Shown here one piece after another: positions 1-8,292 of a DNA stretch of 36,829 bases. Both the position numbers and the translations under genes were made by a program. This stretch comes from a virus. Its lineage: Duplodnaviria; Caudoviricetes. The stretch covers positions 1 to 36,829 of IMG/VR virus record IMGVR_UViG_3300048855_000189; one strand, written 5' to 3'. The first letter of the stretch is position 1. The number at the start of each line of letters is the position of its first letter. Under the pieces are notes generated by a model, which made no database searches, was not told where the DNA came from, and worked only from the letters and a program-made list of their open reading frames with translations.

Positions 1-161
1 ATGCCGCAGTCCCTCACCGGACCGCGCCCCGCCAAGTACGTCCCTGCCAGGAGGGCGGGGCGCCATCCCCCTTTCACATTCGTTAGTACCTTCGTGGCGG
101 TCGCTGCCGGCTTGCCAGCCTCGGGCTGCCTCCGCTATCGGCTGCACAGCCGCTTGGCGAC

Positions 162-237
162 GGGCCTGTAGCTCAATGGTTAGAGCTGGCCGCTCATAAC
201 GGCTAGGTTGGGGGTTCGAGTCCCTCCGGGCCCACCA
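162..237 (+). tRNA. tRNA with CAT anticodon, most likely tRNA-Ile2 (lysidine-modified); prophage integration site
   Basis: GGGCCTG/CGGGCCC acceptor stem, D arm AGCTCAATGGTTAGAGC, anticodon arm GGCCG-CTCATAA-CGGCT, GTTCGAGTC T loop, encoded CCA; 76 nt. G1:C72 pairing excludes fMet; overall resemblance to ileX-type tRNAs favours Ile2 over elongator Met. Confidence 0.93.
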
Positions 238-239
238 AT

Positions 240-392
240 CTCCCATCTCATCGCAGCACATAGCGTCGCAAATGCCTTGCGATACCAAGGGGTTTTCGCT
301 TCGTAGGGGGCGGAAGGTGTCGCACCGCGTCGCACCTGATCGCGCGACGATCGGGGGCATTCTGGGGGCACCGAATCGAACAATGGGGGCAT
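240..392. promoter_or_regulatory. attL arm region: putative integrase arm sites and excisionase sites
   Basis: GGGGGCA(T/C) at 353-360, 364-371 and 385-392, plus repeated (G)TCGCA motifs at ~250-272 and 318-345, between the tRNA 3' end and the integrase start; this is the usual layout for P4-family integrases. Confidence 0.55.
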
Positions 393-396
393 CCAC

Positions 397-1686
397 ATGC
401 TGACCGATGCGCAGGCCCGCAAAGCCAAAGCTACCGAGAAGGATTACAAGCTCGCCGATTCGGGCGGGCTGTACCTGTTCGTCACCACGAAGGGCTTCAA
501 GTCCTGGCGGTTCAAATACAGGTTCGCCGAGAAGGAAAAGCGGCTGACCTTTGGCCCCTACCCCGAGGTCACGCTGGTGGAGGCCCGCGATAAGCGCGAT
601 GCCGCCCGGCGGCTGATCCGCGACCACATCGACCCCGCCGTCGAGCGCCACAAGAGCAAGGCGGCGAGCGCCGCCAGCGCGGAGACGACGTTCGAGAAGG
701 TGGCGCGGGCATGGCACGAAGCCCAGACGCCGCGCTGGTCGCCGGACTATGCCAAGCTGGTGCTGCGCGCCCTTGAGCGCGACGTGCTGCCGCTCTTCGG
801 ACGGATGCCGCTGAAGGACATCGACGCGCCGCTGGTCCTGTCCACGCTGCGCAAGATCGAGGCGCGCGGCGCGATCGAGACGGCCAAGCGGATCCGCCAG
901 CACGTGTCGGCCGTGTTCGTCTACGGGATCTCCGAAGGCATCGCGATCGCCGATCCCGCCGCGCTGGTCGGCAAGGCGCTGAAGCCGATCGCGAAGAAGG
1001 GCAAGCAGCCCGCGATCACCGATCTCGCGAAGGCGCGGCAGTTGCTGAAGGATGTCGAGGCGTCCACGGCCGGACCCGGCACCAAGCTGGCGTCACGCCT
1101 ACTCGCGCTGACCGCGGCGCGGCCGGGCATCGTGCGCGCGGCGCGCTGGGCCGAGTTCGAAGGTATCGACTGGGCGAGCCCCGATGCCCCCGCGCCGGGG
1201 GCACTCTGGCGGATCCCGGCCGACCGCATGAAGCTCGAGCTGGACCGCAAGGGCGAGGAGGCTTTCGAGCATGTCATCCCGCTGCCGCCGCAGGCAGTGG
1301 AGGTGCTGCGCGCGAACCGCCGGCTGACGGGACGGATCGCCCTGCTCTTCCCCAGCGTCCGCAGCACGATCCAGCCGATGAGCGAGAACACGATCGGCTA
1401 CATGTACAACAGGATCGGCTATCAGGGTCGGCACGTGCCCCACGGCTGGCGCGCGGCCTTCTCGACGATCATGAACGAGCGGGCGCGGGAGCATGGCACC
1501 GGCGACGATCGGGCGGTGATCGACCTGATGCTCGCGCACGTACCGCAGGGGCTGTCCGGGTCGGAGGCTGCCTACAACCGGGCATCGCACATGGCGCGTC
1601 GTCGTGAGATCGCGCAGGAATGGGCAGATCTGATCACCGACGGGTTGGAGCCTGCGGCTGATCTTGTCGGAGATGGCGATCGTTAG
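397..1686 (+). CDS. int: P4-like tyrosine integrase with N-terminal arm-binding domain
   Basis: MLTDAQARKAK...KLADSGGLYL...WRFKYRF...LTFGPYPEVTL arm domain; catalytic R (TAARPG), HGWR, LAH and Y (AAYNR). Confidence 0.96.
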   Translation: MLTDAQARKAKATEKDYKLADSGGLYLFVTTKGFKSWRFKYRFAEKEKRLTFGPYPEVTLVEARDKRDAARRLIRDHIDPAVERHKSKAASAASAETTFEKVARAWHEAQTPRWSPDYAKLVLRALERDVLPLFGRMPLKDIDAPLVLSTLRKIEARGAIETAKRIRQHVSAVFVYGISEGIAIADPAALVGKALKPIAKKGKQPAITDLAKARQLLKDVEASTAGPGTKLASRLLALTAARPGIVRAARWAEFEGIDWASPDAPAPGALWRIPADRMKLELDRKGEEAFEHVIPLPPQAVEVLRANRRLTGRIALLFPSVRSTIQPMSENTIGYMYNRIGYQGRHVPHGWRAAFSTIMNERAREHGTGDDRAVIDLMLAHVPQGLSGSEAAYNRASHMARRREIAQEWADLITDGLEPAADLVGDGDR

Positions 1687-1715
1687 AAGCGCCGGCAGGC
1701 GCGGAGGTTGGCAGC

Positions 1716-2507
1716 GTGACGTACGTTTTATTCCAGTTTAGCCCTTGGCAGAGGAGCCGCATCATCGCGGCCCATCAATTTTACGTCGATCAATCCCGCA
1801 AGCGGCTGCTTAGCCAATTCGACACAGACGCTATGAAGACGGACGCTGACGCTTATGCGCACGAGTGGGCAGCTAATTTCCCGGAGGGTGCTGATCCGGA
1901 GGGGGACGACAGCCACGTCTGGGAAATGGCTGGCGATGAGCGCGATGCATTTTACCAAGGCTTGGTAGAGCTTCGTGACGTAACACGACTCAGCATCATC
2001 TCCGGCATGTTCCACAAATGGGAAAAGGAACTGCGGGATTGGATCTCAGGGGAACTAGGCCGGCATGCCGGGGAACGCACCCGGCGCGCTATATGGCGCT
2101 GCCAGTTCGGCTGCATGATGAGCTTTCTTGAAACTTGGCAGTGGCCCATAAAAAGCCGGCCTTTCCATAAAGACCTCGAAACGTGTTCCCTCGTGGTCAA
2201 CGTCTACAAACACGGCGATGGTGATTCGTTCGACAAGCTCAAAGGTGCCGCGCCTGACCTGCTCGCGGCTGAGGAATATTGCCCGGAATGGCTCCGCAGG
2301 GATCCGATTTATTCTGATCTTAGGGTTACTGACGATGATCTTGACCGTTTCTCCAGCGCAATCATCTCCTTCTGGGAAGACGTGCCGACCGATACGCATG
2401 ATGAGCAAATCGAAACCGTAGCCAGATGGTTGAGAGACGCGCTCCAAAAAGACGAAGATGAGCGAGTGGGGAAACAGGCTACTTGGGATCAGCAACCCAC
2501 GCGTTGA
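1716..2507 (+). CDS. Accessory (moron-like) hypothetical protein, possible HEPN-like fold
   Basis: 263-aa ORF with visibly more A/T-ending codons than its neighbours, located between int and xis; contains LVVNVYKHGDG; its 3' end overlaps the convergent AlpA gene by 29 nt. Confidence 0.75.
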   Translation: MTYVLFQFSPWQRSRIIAAHQFYVDQSRKRLLSQFDTDAMKTDADAYAHEWAANFPEGADPEGDDSHVWEMAGDERDAFYQGLVELRDVTRLSIISGMFHKWEKELRDWISGELGRHAGERTRRAIWRCQFGCMMSFLETWQWPIKSRPFHKDLETCSLVVNVYKHGDGDSFDKLKGAAPDLLAAEEYCPEWLRRDPIYSDLRVTDDDLDRFSSAIISFWEDVPTDTHDEQIETVARWLRDALQKDEDERVGKQATWDQQPTR

Positions 2508-2673
2508 TCTCCGCCTCGTACCAGCCGACGCAATTCTGACTCAGCTGACGCTGCTGGGGAAAGGTGCCGGCGGCAATCTTCCGGTATATCGTGGCCCGGT
2601 GCAGGCCGGTCCGCTTCGTGACCTCCCGGAGCCGAACGATGTTGTCGGTTGCCCGAGCGAGGTTGTCGCTCAT
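2479..2673 (-). CDS. alpA: AlpA-family excisionase/regulator
   Basis: IVRLREVTKRTGLHRATIYRKIAAGTFP...LSQNCVGWYEAEINAW is the AlpA signature. Confidence 0.93.
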   Translation of the reverse strand: MSDNLARATDNIVRLREVTKRTGLHRATIYRKIAAGTFPQQRQLSQNCVGWYEAEINAWVADPK

Positions 2674-3662
2674 GCTTCATCTCCAATCGTGATCTGGTCC
2701 AGCATGTGGATGCCGGTGTCGTCTTCGAGAAAATCGAGGCCGGTGCGCTCGTCGTCGTCGCCCAGCGCCTCGTCCAGGCTCCGGGGGCCGAACTTGTTCG
2801 CCCAGTCGCGGAAGGATCCGTTGATGAAGCTCGATGCCCTGGCCTCGATGTCGGCAGGCGCAAGCCTGCCCTCCATGATCGCGAGCATCATCTCGCCCAT
2901 CGCCTCATCCCGGACGCTTGAACCTATCGCGCGCGGGAGCGCCCGGCCGACACGAGCAAGGACCGCGGCTTCATCCATGCGCCCAGCGGCGGGTGCCGCG
3001 TAGCGCGCAACAGTCCGGCGCGCGACGCCGAGCTTTCGAGCCACACCGTTGCGCGTGCCACCGGCCCGCACCAGTCGCCGGATCAGGTTACGCATGTTCT
3101 CCGGCTTCGCCGTATTCCCGCCCTCGACGCCGACGCAGGATCCGGCATGCCCCTGCTTCTGGCCGCACCTGCAAGGCGGCATCGCCGCACCCAGCTGCGC
3201 TTCCAGGCGGCGTGCATGGCGCAGGACAGTCATCGATGCCCGCCCCGTTTCGCGCTGGATCTCGCGGCGCGGTTGCCCGGCAAGGATCCTCCGCTCAAGG
3301 TCTGCGGCCTGCTCATGATCAAGATGGGTGTCGATCTGGCTGCCGCCAAACTTGCGCATGTGGTAGAGGACGGTGGATCCCGGCATTCCAAGCGCCGCTG
3401 CGATCTCCACCCCCGACTGGCCGGCGATCGTTCGACGCTCGATCTCATCCATGACGCACTTGCTCGGCCCTTGAGGTGGCCTCAGATCCACCTGAGCAGC
3501 ACTGCCCGCCTTCCGGATCATTCGCACATAGTTGCGGACGGTCGTCTGGCCGCAGCCGAGCGCGGCAGCGATCGCGGGAACGGAATCTCCGGCGAGGAGG
3601 CGGCGCTCGACGCGGGTCAGCAACCCGCGCACGACCTCGACTGACTTCGCCGCAGTCTTCAC
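2670..3662 (-). CDS. Multi-HTH protein with CxC-x5-H-x3-C motif and C-terminal sigma-like domain
   Basis: Four HTH-like repeats (e.g. ERRLLAGDSVPAIAAALGCGQTTV, ERRTIAGQSGVEIAAALGMPGSTV), then CRCGQKQGHAGSC; C-terminus is paralogous to 4263-4598; 4-nt overlaps with both neighbours. Confidence 0.8.
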   Translation of the reverse strand: MKTAAKSVEVVRGLLTRVERRLLAGDSVPAIAAALGCGQTTVRNYVRMIRKAGSAAQVDLRPPQGPSKCVMDEIERRTIAGQSGVEIAAALGMPGSTVLYHMRKFGGSQIDTHLDHEQAADLERRILAGQPRREIQRETGRASMTVLRHARRLEAQLGAAMPPCRCGQKQGHAGSCVGVEGGNTAKPENMRNLIRRLVRAGGTRNGVARKLGVARRTVARYAAPAAGRMDEAAVLARVGRALPRAIGSSVRDEAMGEMMLAIMEGRLAPADIEARASSFINGSFRDWANKFGPRSLDEALGDDDERTGLDFLEDDTGIHMLDQITIGDEA

Positions 3663-4060
3663 CCTTGCTCTCCGGCCTGCTCCAACGCCTGCGCCAGAGC
3701 TGGGCTGTCCCGCAGCTGATGCTCGCGCTGCTCCATCTCCAGCTGCTCGATGCGCAGCAGGCAGAGGTGGTTGTAGATGGCCCAGCCGAGCGCGCTCAGC
3801 CGATAGGCTGACCGGCCGCGGGTGCGTTCATGGCAGATGACGATGCCGAGGGCCGCAAGCCAATCGAGAGCGAATGCTTCCTCCAACTCCTCGTCCGTTG
3901 TCTGGCCGATCGCCGGCAGGGTGCGCGGCTCGGCCGCCAAGCCCGATATGCGGTGGAGAGAAGCTGGCGACAGCAGCCCGACGAGTTCGGCGGCCCGGCG
4001 CTGCCGAGCGGCCGGCTCCCATCGCTGGGCGAAGGGAATGACGGTGCCTGTGCTGGTCAC
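3659..4060 (-). CDS. Hypothetical protein (possible winged helix)
   Basis: Translationally coupled in the operon; ALDWLAALGIV...RSAYRLSALG resembles a wHTH wing. Confidence 0.65.
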   Translation of the reverse strand: MTSTGTVIPFAQRWEPAARQRRAAELVGLLSPASLHRISGLAAEPRTLPAIGQTTDEELEEAFALDWLAALGIVICHERTRGRSAYRLSALGWAIYNHLCLLRIEQLEMEQREHQLRDSPALAQALEQAGEQG

Positions 4061-4266
4061 AGATGCTCTCCGCTGATCTGTTCTATTGCCCCGCTGGCTG
4101 TCTCGTCCGCCCGCCCGCGCATGGCCCGCACCACGCGCTCCATCGCGAACAGGAGGGCGTCCTTACGGCTGGTGCTGCCTGTGCGAGCTATGCCCTGCTG
4201 GTGCAGATAGTCGGCAATCCGGTCGCGCATCTGCTCGCTGGCGCGGATCTGGGCGCGCCGGCTCAA
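4057..4266 (-). CDS. Hypothetical protein
   Basis: 69 aa, 4-nt overlaps on both sides. Confidence 0.65.
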   Translation of the reverse strand: MSRRAQIRASEQMRDRIADYLHQQGIARTGSTSRKDALLFAMERVVRAMRGRADETASGAIEQISGEHL

Positions 4267-4598
4267 TGCATGATCTCCTCACTGGAGAGGCGCACGCGAT
4301 CGAACGCGGCGAGCGCTCGCTCGTCTTCCAGTGCGTCCAGGAACGTGGCCGTGCTGCCGTCACCAATCGTGGCATCGAGGCTGATCGCGCCCCAACGATT
4401 CGAGAAGGCTGCGAACGCAGCGCTGATGAACTGCTTGGCGACCTGCTCGATCTCGCGCGGGTGAACCCGCCCCTCTCGGATCGCCAGGTAGACGTCGCTC
4501 ATGATGTCGTCGCGGAGCATGGGGTCCACGCCGCGCGGAACAGCGCGCGCTATCCGCCCGAAGATCGGATCTTTCAGGGCGAGCTGGGCGGCGCTCAT
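4263..4598 (-). CDS. Small sigma-like domain protein (paralog of the C-terminus of 2670-3662)
   Basis: Start reassigned to MSAAQ (ATGA overlap with the upstream gene); aligns without gaps to the paralog; contains ISLDATIGDGSTATFLDALED. Confidence 0.75.
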   Translation of the reverse strand: MSAAQLALKDPIFGRIARAVPRGVDPMLRDDIMSDVYLAIREGRVHPREIEQVAKQFISAAFAAFSNRWGAISLDATIGDGSTATFLDALEDERALAAFDRVRLSSEEIMH

Positions 4599-5473
4599 GC
4601 GGGCACCGCCTCGGCACCGACATCGTCGTATGCCATGAGGAATGCCTGCTTCAGCGCCAGGGCACGATCGTCTCCACCGCCCTTGATCCCGACCACGTAG
4701 CTCGCCCACCCCTGCTGGGTTTCCTTCAGCAGGGCGCGCAGCAGGCGGTCGCGGTCGGGCGCCTCCCGGTTGATCGACAACTTCGTCAGCGCGAGGAACG
4801 TGGACGCGCCCGCGTTCAGCACCTCATCCGGGAAAGCCTCGGCCATCAGCGTAAGTGCATCGAGGCACATCCTCTCGCCATGCTTGCGCATGGTCCGCTT
4901 GATCGATTCGACGAAGGCGACAGCGCCCGGCACCCACGAATGCGATCCGGTCGTCCGCGAGACCGTGAAGCCGGCCGCCTCGACCACCCGCCGCACGGCC
5001 AGCGCCTCCGCATCGCCGCCGGCTGCCGCCGCCTGGAAGTCGTCCAGCTGGTTGATGGCCTTACGAACGCGGTTGATCTGGACGAACATCGTGGCCTCGT
5101 CGGCGACGCCGGCATAGGTCGAGATGCAGCACGGCAGGAACTGGATGTCGCCGCGCAGCTTCGCCGCCGCGAGCCGGTGCTGACCATCGATCACGTAGAA
5201 CGCGTCTTCACGCTTGGACACGACCAGCGGCTGGCACATGCGCCAATCCCAGTTGGCCGCGATCTTCCGGATGAGCGCCTGCGACGACTTGGTATCCGTC
5301 GACCGCTGATAGCTGTCATCGATCTCCAGTTCGCTTGGATGCCGGTTCTCGATCGACGGTGGACGGCCTTTCGCCGGGGGGAACGGGCGCTGCGGCTTCG
5401 GCTCGGGTGGCGCATTCATGGCGGCCTCCTGGATTTCAGCCAGATCGCGGCTGAGAAAATGAACGCTACCCAT
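4595..5473 (-). CDS. ParB/Srx-like (DUF6551/DGQHR-type) protein
   Basis: LEIDDSYQR...IRKIAANWDW...PLVVS...FYVIDGQHRLAAA; true start may be internal (MNAPP). Confidence 0.8.
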   Translation of the reverse strand: MGSVHFLSRDLAEIQEAAMNAPPEPKPQRPFPPAKGRPPSIENRHPSELEIDDSYQRSTDTKSSQALIRKIAANWDWRMCQPLVVSKREDAFYVIDGQHRLAAAKLRGDIQFLPCCISTYAGVADEATMFVQINRVRKAINQLDDFQAAAAGGDAEALAVRRVVEAAGFTVSRTTGSHSWVPGAVAFVESIKRTMRKHGERMCLDALTLMAEAFPDEVLNAGASTFLALTKLSINREAPDRDRLLRALLKETQQGWASYVVGIKGGGDDRALALKQAFLMAYDDVGAEAVPA

Positions 5474-5714
5474 GGGGCACCGCCTTGCTGTCGCCGTCGG
5501 CGCGGGAGACCTCGTAGCGGCCTGCCCACTCTTCGGCCGTGCTCGTGCTGGTGACCGCGAGGTACAGTTCGTCGCGCACGATCTCCCGCACCCGGGCTTC
5601 CTGCTCGGGGGTGAAGGGGCGCGTTACGATCGGCGGCGTCTCAGTGCCTTCGGGGATGATCGCCCACACGCCCGGACGCTCCCCCGCGCCTACGGGGTCA
5701 CCGTTGCTGTTCAT
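5466..5714 (-). CDS. Hypothetical protein
   Basis: Start at MNSNG overlaps the upstream stop; FTPEQEARVREIVRDEL helix. Confidence 0.6.
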   Translation of the reverse strand: MNSNGDPVGAGERPGVWAIIPEGTETPPIVTRPFTPEQEARVREIVRDELYLAVTSTSTAEEWAGRYEVSRADGDSKAVPHG

Positions 5715-6181
5715 GCCGCCCTCGCCTGCCGATTGGCATATTCGGCTTCGACCTGACCCCAGGTCCAATCCGGGTGGCGGTTCCAGATCGAGGCCGTGTG
5801 GCGCATGGCGTCGCGCAGCTTCGAGAGGTGCCCGAGGTCGGCCGTTACCTGCCGCTGGCGCAGGTTGATCAGAGCCTCGAACTCGCTGCGGGTGAGCGCA
5901 TCGGTGTCCTTGACGTTGTGCGCCTCGTCGTCGAGCGCATAGGCGGCGCGCAGGCCGAACATGGACATTTGTCGGTTCGACCGATCACCGGCATTCCGGG
6001 CAACGCGGATCGCGCGCTCCTTGATGCGGCGGCCGAGGTCGGCGCGGATGCACTGGTCGGCCAGATCGGGGTTGGATTTCACCTGCTCAATCGCGGTGTT
6101 CAGGGCCTCGTGACGGTTCACGACGCCGTTGCTCTGGTTGGCCTCGGTGGCGGCCGAGATGATGTCTCCAAGGGTTTCCAT
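5711..6181 (-). CDS. Hypothetical protein (coupled to the ParB-like gene)
   Basis: Start METLG overlaps the TAA of the ParB-like gene (TAATG) and is preceded by AGGAGG. Confidence 0.7.
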   Translation of the reverse strand: METLGDIISAATEANQSNGVVNRHEALNTAIEQVKSNPDLADQCIRADLGRRIKERAIRVARNAGDRSNRQMSMFGLRAAYALDDEAHNVKDTDALTRSEFEALINLRQRQVTADLGHLSKLRDAMRHTASIWNRHPDWTWGQVEAEYANRQARAA

Positions 6182-7221
6182 TATGCGCAGTCCTCCTGAA
6201 GGCGGGCGATCAGCGCCTGCCGGTTGGTCTCGGCCGCGGGCAGGCCAGCGGCAAAATCGTTGATCCACGCGCGCGCCGCGTCGACGGTGCCGGGCTGGAA
6301 GCCCTCACCCAAGAAGCGGCCCCACCACGCCAGAAGCTCGGCAGCACTGGCGCCGGCAACCAGCGCCTCGATCGCGTCGACGGCCGCCAACATCCGGCGC
6401 CCCTCCTCGGGATCGTGGAGCGGAGGGCCGGGCTCGGCCGGCGGCTCGGGCGATGGCGGCGGGGCTGGATCGTTCGCGGGCGTGGATTTCATCCAGCCCT
6501 TCAGATCGTCCGTCTGGAATGCCCAGCTGTTGCCGTCCTTCCGCGCGCCAGGGATCGCTCCGGTGCGGGCGATCTTCGCCAGCCGAGGCGGATTGATGCC
6601 CGTCACCCGGCTCGCCTCGTTGATCAGCACCTCTTCGGAGTTGCCGAAGCGATCATCGGGGCGGCGGTCCGGCACATGGCCCGCGACCAGCGGCAGCGGC
6701 TTCGCGGCGGGCTTGCCGATCGCGGCCACCTTCATCGTGGACGTGTTGCCGTGACGATCGAGGTAGAGGCGCGTGGCGTCACTGTCAGAATTTACAGTGA
6801 CCGGCTTGGGCCGCAGCGACCCGACCAGCGGCGTACTGACGAAGCACCTCCGAGCGATCTCCCGGTCGCTCCATGCCGCCCATTCCGGATCGTTCAGGAT
6901 CGTCACCACGGCGCGGCGCTTGTCCATGTTCGTGCGCCGGTAGCCATGCGCGGCGTTGGCACCGACCGAGTGCAGCACCGCGTCGCGCTTGGTGCCTTGG
7001 CGAACATCCGCCTCGATCCGGTCCAGCTCGAGCAGCTCATGGGCCATGGCGCGGTGGAAGCCGTCCGCCAGCCAGTAGTCTGTGCCGTCGTAGAATACGG
7101 TGACCGGCGGCAGCGATGCCCCGTCAACCATAGCCTCGGCATATTCCCGGGCCACGTCCGTGCTGATGTGGTCGCGCGGCTGGGTGCCGCCGTCGCGGCG
7201 CAGCGATGTGAGGGGGATCAT
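6181..7221 (-). CDS. ParB N-terminal-like protein with HTH domains
   Basis: GGTQPR...YAEAM...LPPVTVFYDG...WLADGFHR; HTH WSDREIARRCFVS; a second, excisionase-like HTH INEASRVTGINPPRLAKIARTGAIPG. Start is ATG 7221 or GTG 7227. Confidence 0.85.
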   Translation of the reverse strand: MIPLTSLRRDGGTQPRDHISTDVAREYAEAMVDGASLPPVTVFYDGTDYWLADGFHRAMAHELLELDRIEADVRQGTKRDAVLHSVGANAAHGYRRTNMDKRRAVVTILNDPEWAAWSDREIARRCFVSTPLVGSLRPKPVTVNSDSDATRLYLDRHGNTSTMKVAAIGKPAAKPLPLVAGHVPDRRPDDRFGNSEEVLINEASRVTGINPPRLAKIARTGAIPGARKDGNSWAFQTDDLKGWMKSTPANDPAPPPSPEPPAEPGPPLHDPEEGRRMLAAVDAIEALVAGASAAELLAWWGRFLGEGFQPGTVDAARAWINDFAAGLPAAETNRQALIARLQEDCA

Positions 7222-7223
7222 CG

Positions 7224-7382
7224 TCACCGCCAGATCCCCCGCCCGCAACGGTGGCAGTGCGGGGGCAAGCCCCGGCTGACGTCCACGCCCATCCGGGCGG
7301 CGCGCCGCTTCCGTGCGATCAGATCGCTGGCGTCGAAGGCGTGGAAGCCGAGCCAGCAAAGGATGCGCTGCAGGCCGATCAT
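7224..7382 (-). CDS. Small Zn-binding protein (DUF1660-like)
   Basis: ILCWLGFH...HCHRCG pattern, 52 aa, coupled to neighbours. Confidence 0.6.
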   Translation of the reverse strand: MIGLQRILCWLGFHAFDASDLIARKRRAARMGVDVSRGLPPHCHRCGRGIWR

Positions 7383-7564
7383 TCCGACACCTCGGCACGC
7401 TGCGCCCATGCGAAGCCGACCTGCATCATGCTTACCTGGAAAGCCCCTTGGGCGATTCCGCGGAAGTAGTCGGTGACGCCGGCCCATCGGAGCAGGAGCG
7501 AAAGCAGGAGTGCCGCGAGGCACGGGACCAAAAATGCGAGCGCCCACCGCGCACGGGCGCTCAT
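7379..7564 (-). CDS. Small membrane protein
   Basis: Hydrophobic WALAFLVPCLAALLLSLLL; ATGA overlaps. Confidence 0.55.
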   Translation of the reverse strand: MSARARWALAFLVPCLAALLLSLLLRWAGVTDYFRGIAQGAFQVSMMQVGFAWAQRAEVSE

Positions 7565-7764
7565 GCCAGCACCGAGAAGGCAATGAAGCCCAGATCGAGG
7601 ATGAAGAAGACCGCGCCGGCGGTCAGCATCGCGACATCAAGGCGGCGCCAGTCGCGATCGCTGACGGGCTGGTCGATCGAGTTGAGGAAATCGTTCACTG
7701 CGGCGAGCATCTGCCGGGCGCGTGCGCCGGCCGTCGCGCCGAAGCGCTGCATGGTCATCAGCAT
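7561..7764 (-). CDS. Small protein with C-terminal transmembrane segment
   Basis: VAMLTAGAVFFILDLGFIAFSVLA; coupled to neighbours. Confidence 0.55.
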   Translation of the reverse strand: MLMTMQRFGATAGARARQMLAAVNDFLNSIDQPVSDRDWRRLDVAMLTAGAVFFILDLGFIAFSVLA

Positions 7765-8012
7765 GGGGAGATCTCCAAACCGGGGCGTTCATGGCGGCCG
7801 CACCAGCTTTCCTGGTGCGTGACCGGGAAGAGGCTGCACTGGTAGGTGGTCAGCTCAAGGTCATCGAGCGGGTTGGAGCAGAGAGCGCTCGGCATGCAGT
7901 ACCGCATGAGGGCCTCGCTGACCGTTGGAGGGCCAAGGCAGCAGTCGCCGAGCGAAGCCGCATCGCCCTCGTGGCGATCCCAGAAGCGGCAGGTTGCGCA
8001 GGTGTCAGCCAT
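7758..8012 (-). CDS. 4-Cys HiPIP-like small protein, copy 1
   Basis: MADTCATCRFW...GDCCLGPP...FPVTHQESWCG; GGAGG RBS upstream. Confidence 0.75.
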   Translation of the reverse strand: MADTCATCRFWDRHEGDAASLGDCCLGPPTVSEALMRYCMPSALCSNPLDDLELTTYQCSLFPVTHQESWCGRHERPGLEISPC

Positions 8013-8292
8013 GGGCGGCCTCCGCGCGTTTGAACTCGCCGCACCATTCGGTGCCGAAGGTCGCGGGGTAGAGCGTGGCGCGGTGGACGTCCGCCGCGCT
8101 GGCGACGTCCTCACGATCCACGACGAACCCGCCGAAGCCCGGCTGCCGGATCGCCATCCGCGCCATGTGGTCGACGATCTGCGGCGGGCGGCGGCGGCAC
8201 CATCCATGGGCGTCGTTCCCGTCGGCCTGCATGATCGACGTGATTTCGTCGTCGCACAGCCAGAAGCGACAGGAGCTGCAGCACTTAGCCAT
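8005..8292 (-). CDS. 4-Cys HiPIP-like small protein, copy 2
   Basis: CSSCRFW...GWCRRRPP...YPATFGTEWCGEF; GGAGG RBS upstream. Confidence 0.8.
   Translation of the reverse strand: MAKCCSSCRFWLCDDEITSIMQADGNDAHGWCRRRPPQIVDHMARMAIRQPGFGGFVVDREDVASAADVHRATLYPATFGTEWCGEFKRAEAAHG

Noticed and set aside
180-428. 82-aa minus-strand ORF
   Set aside because: Antisense to the tRNA and att region (GPGGTRTPNLAVMS is a typical reverse-tRNA translation).
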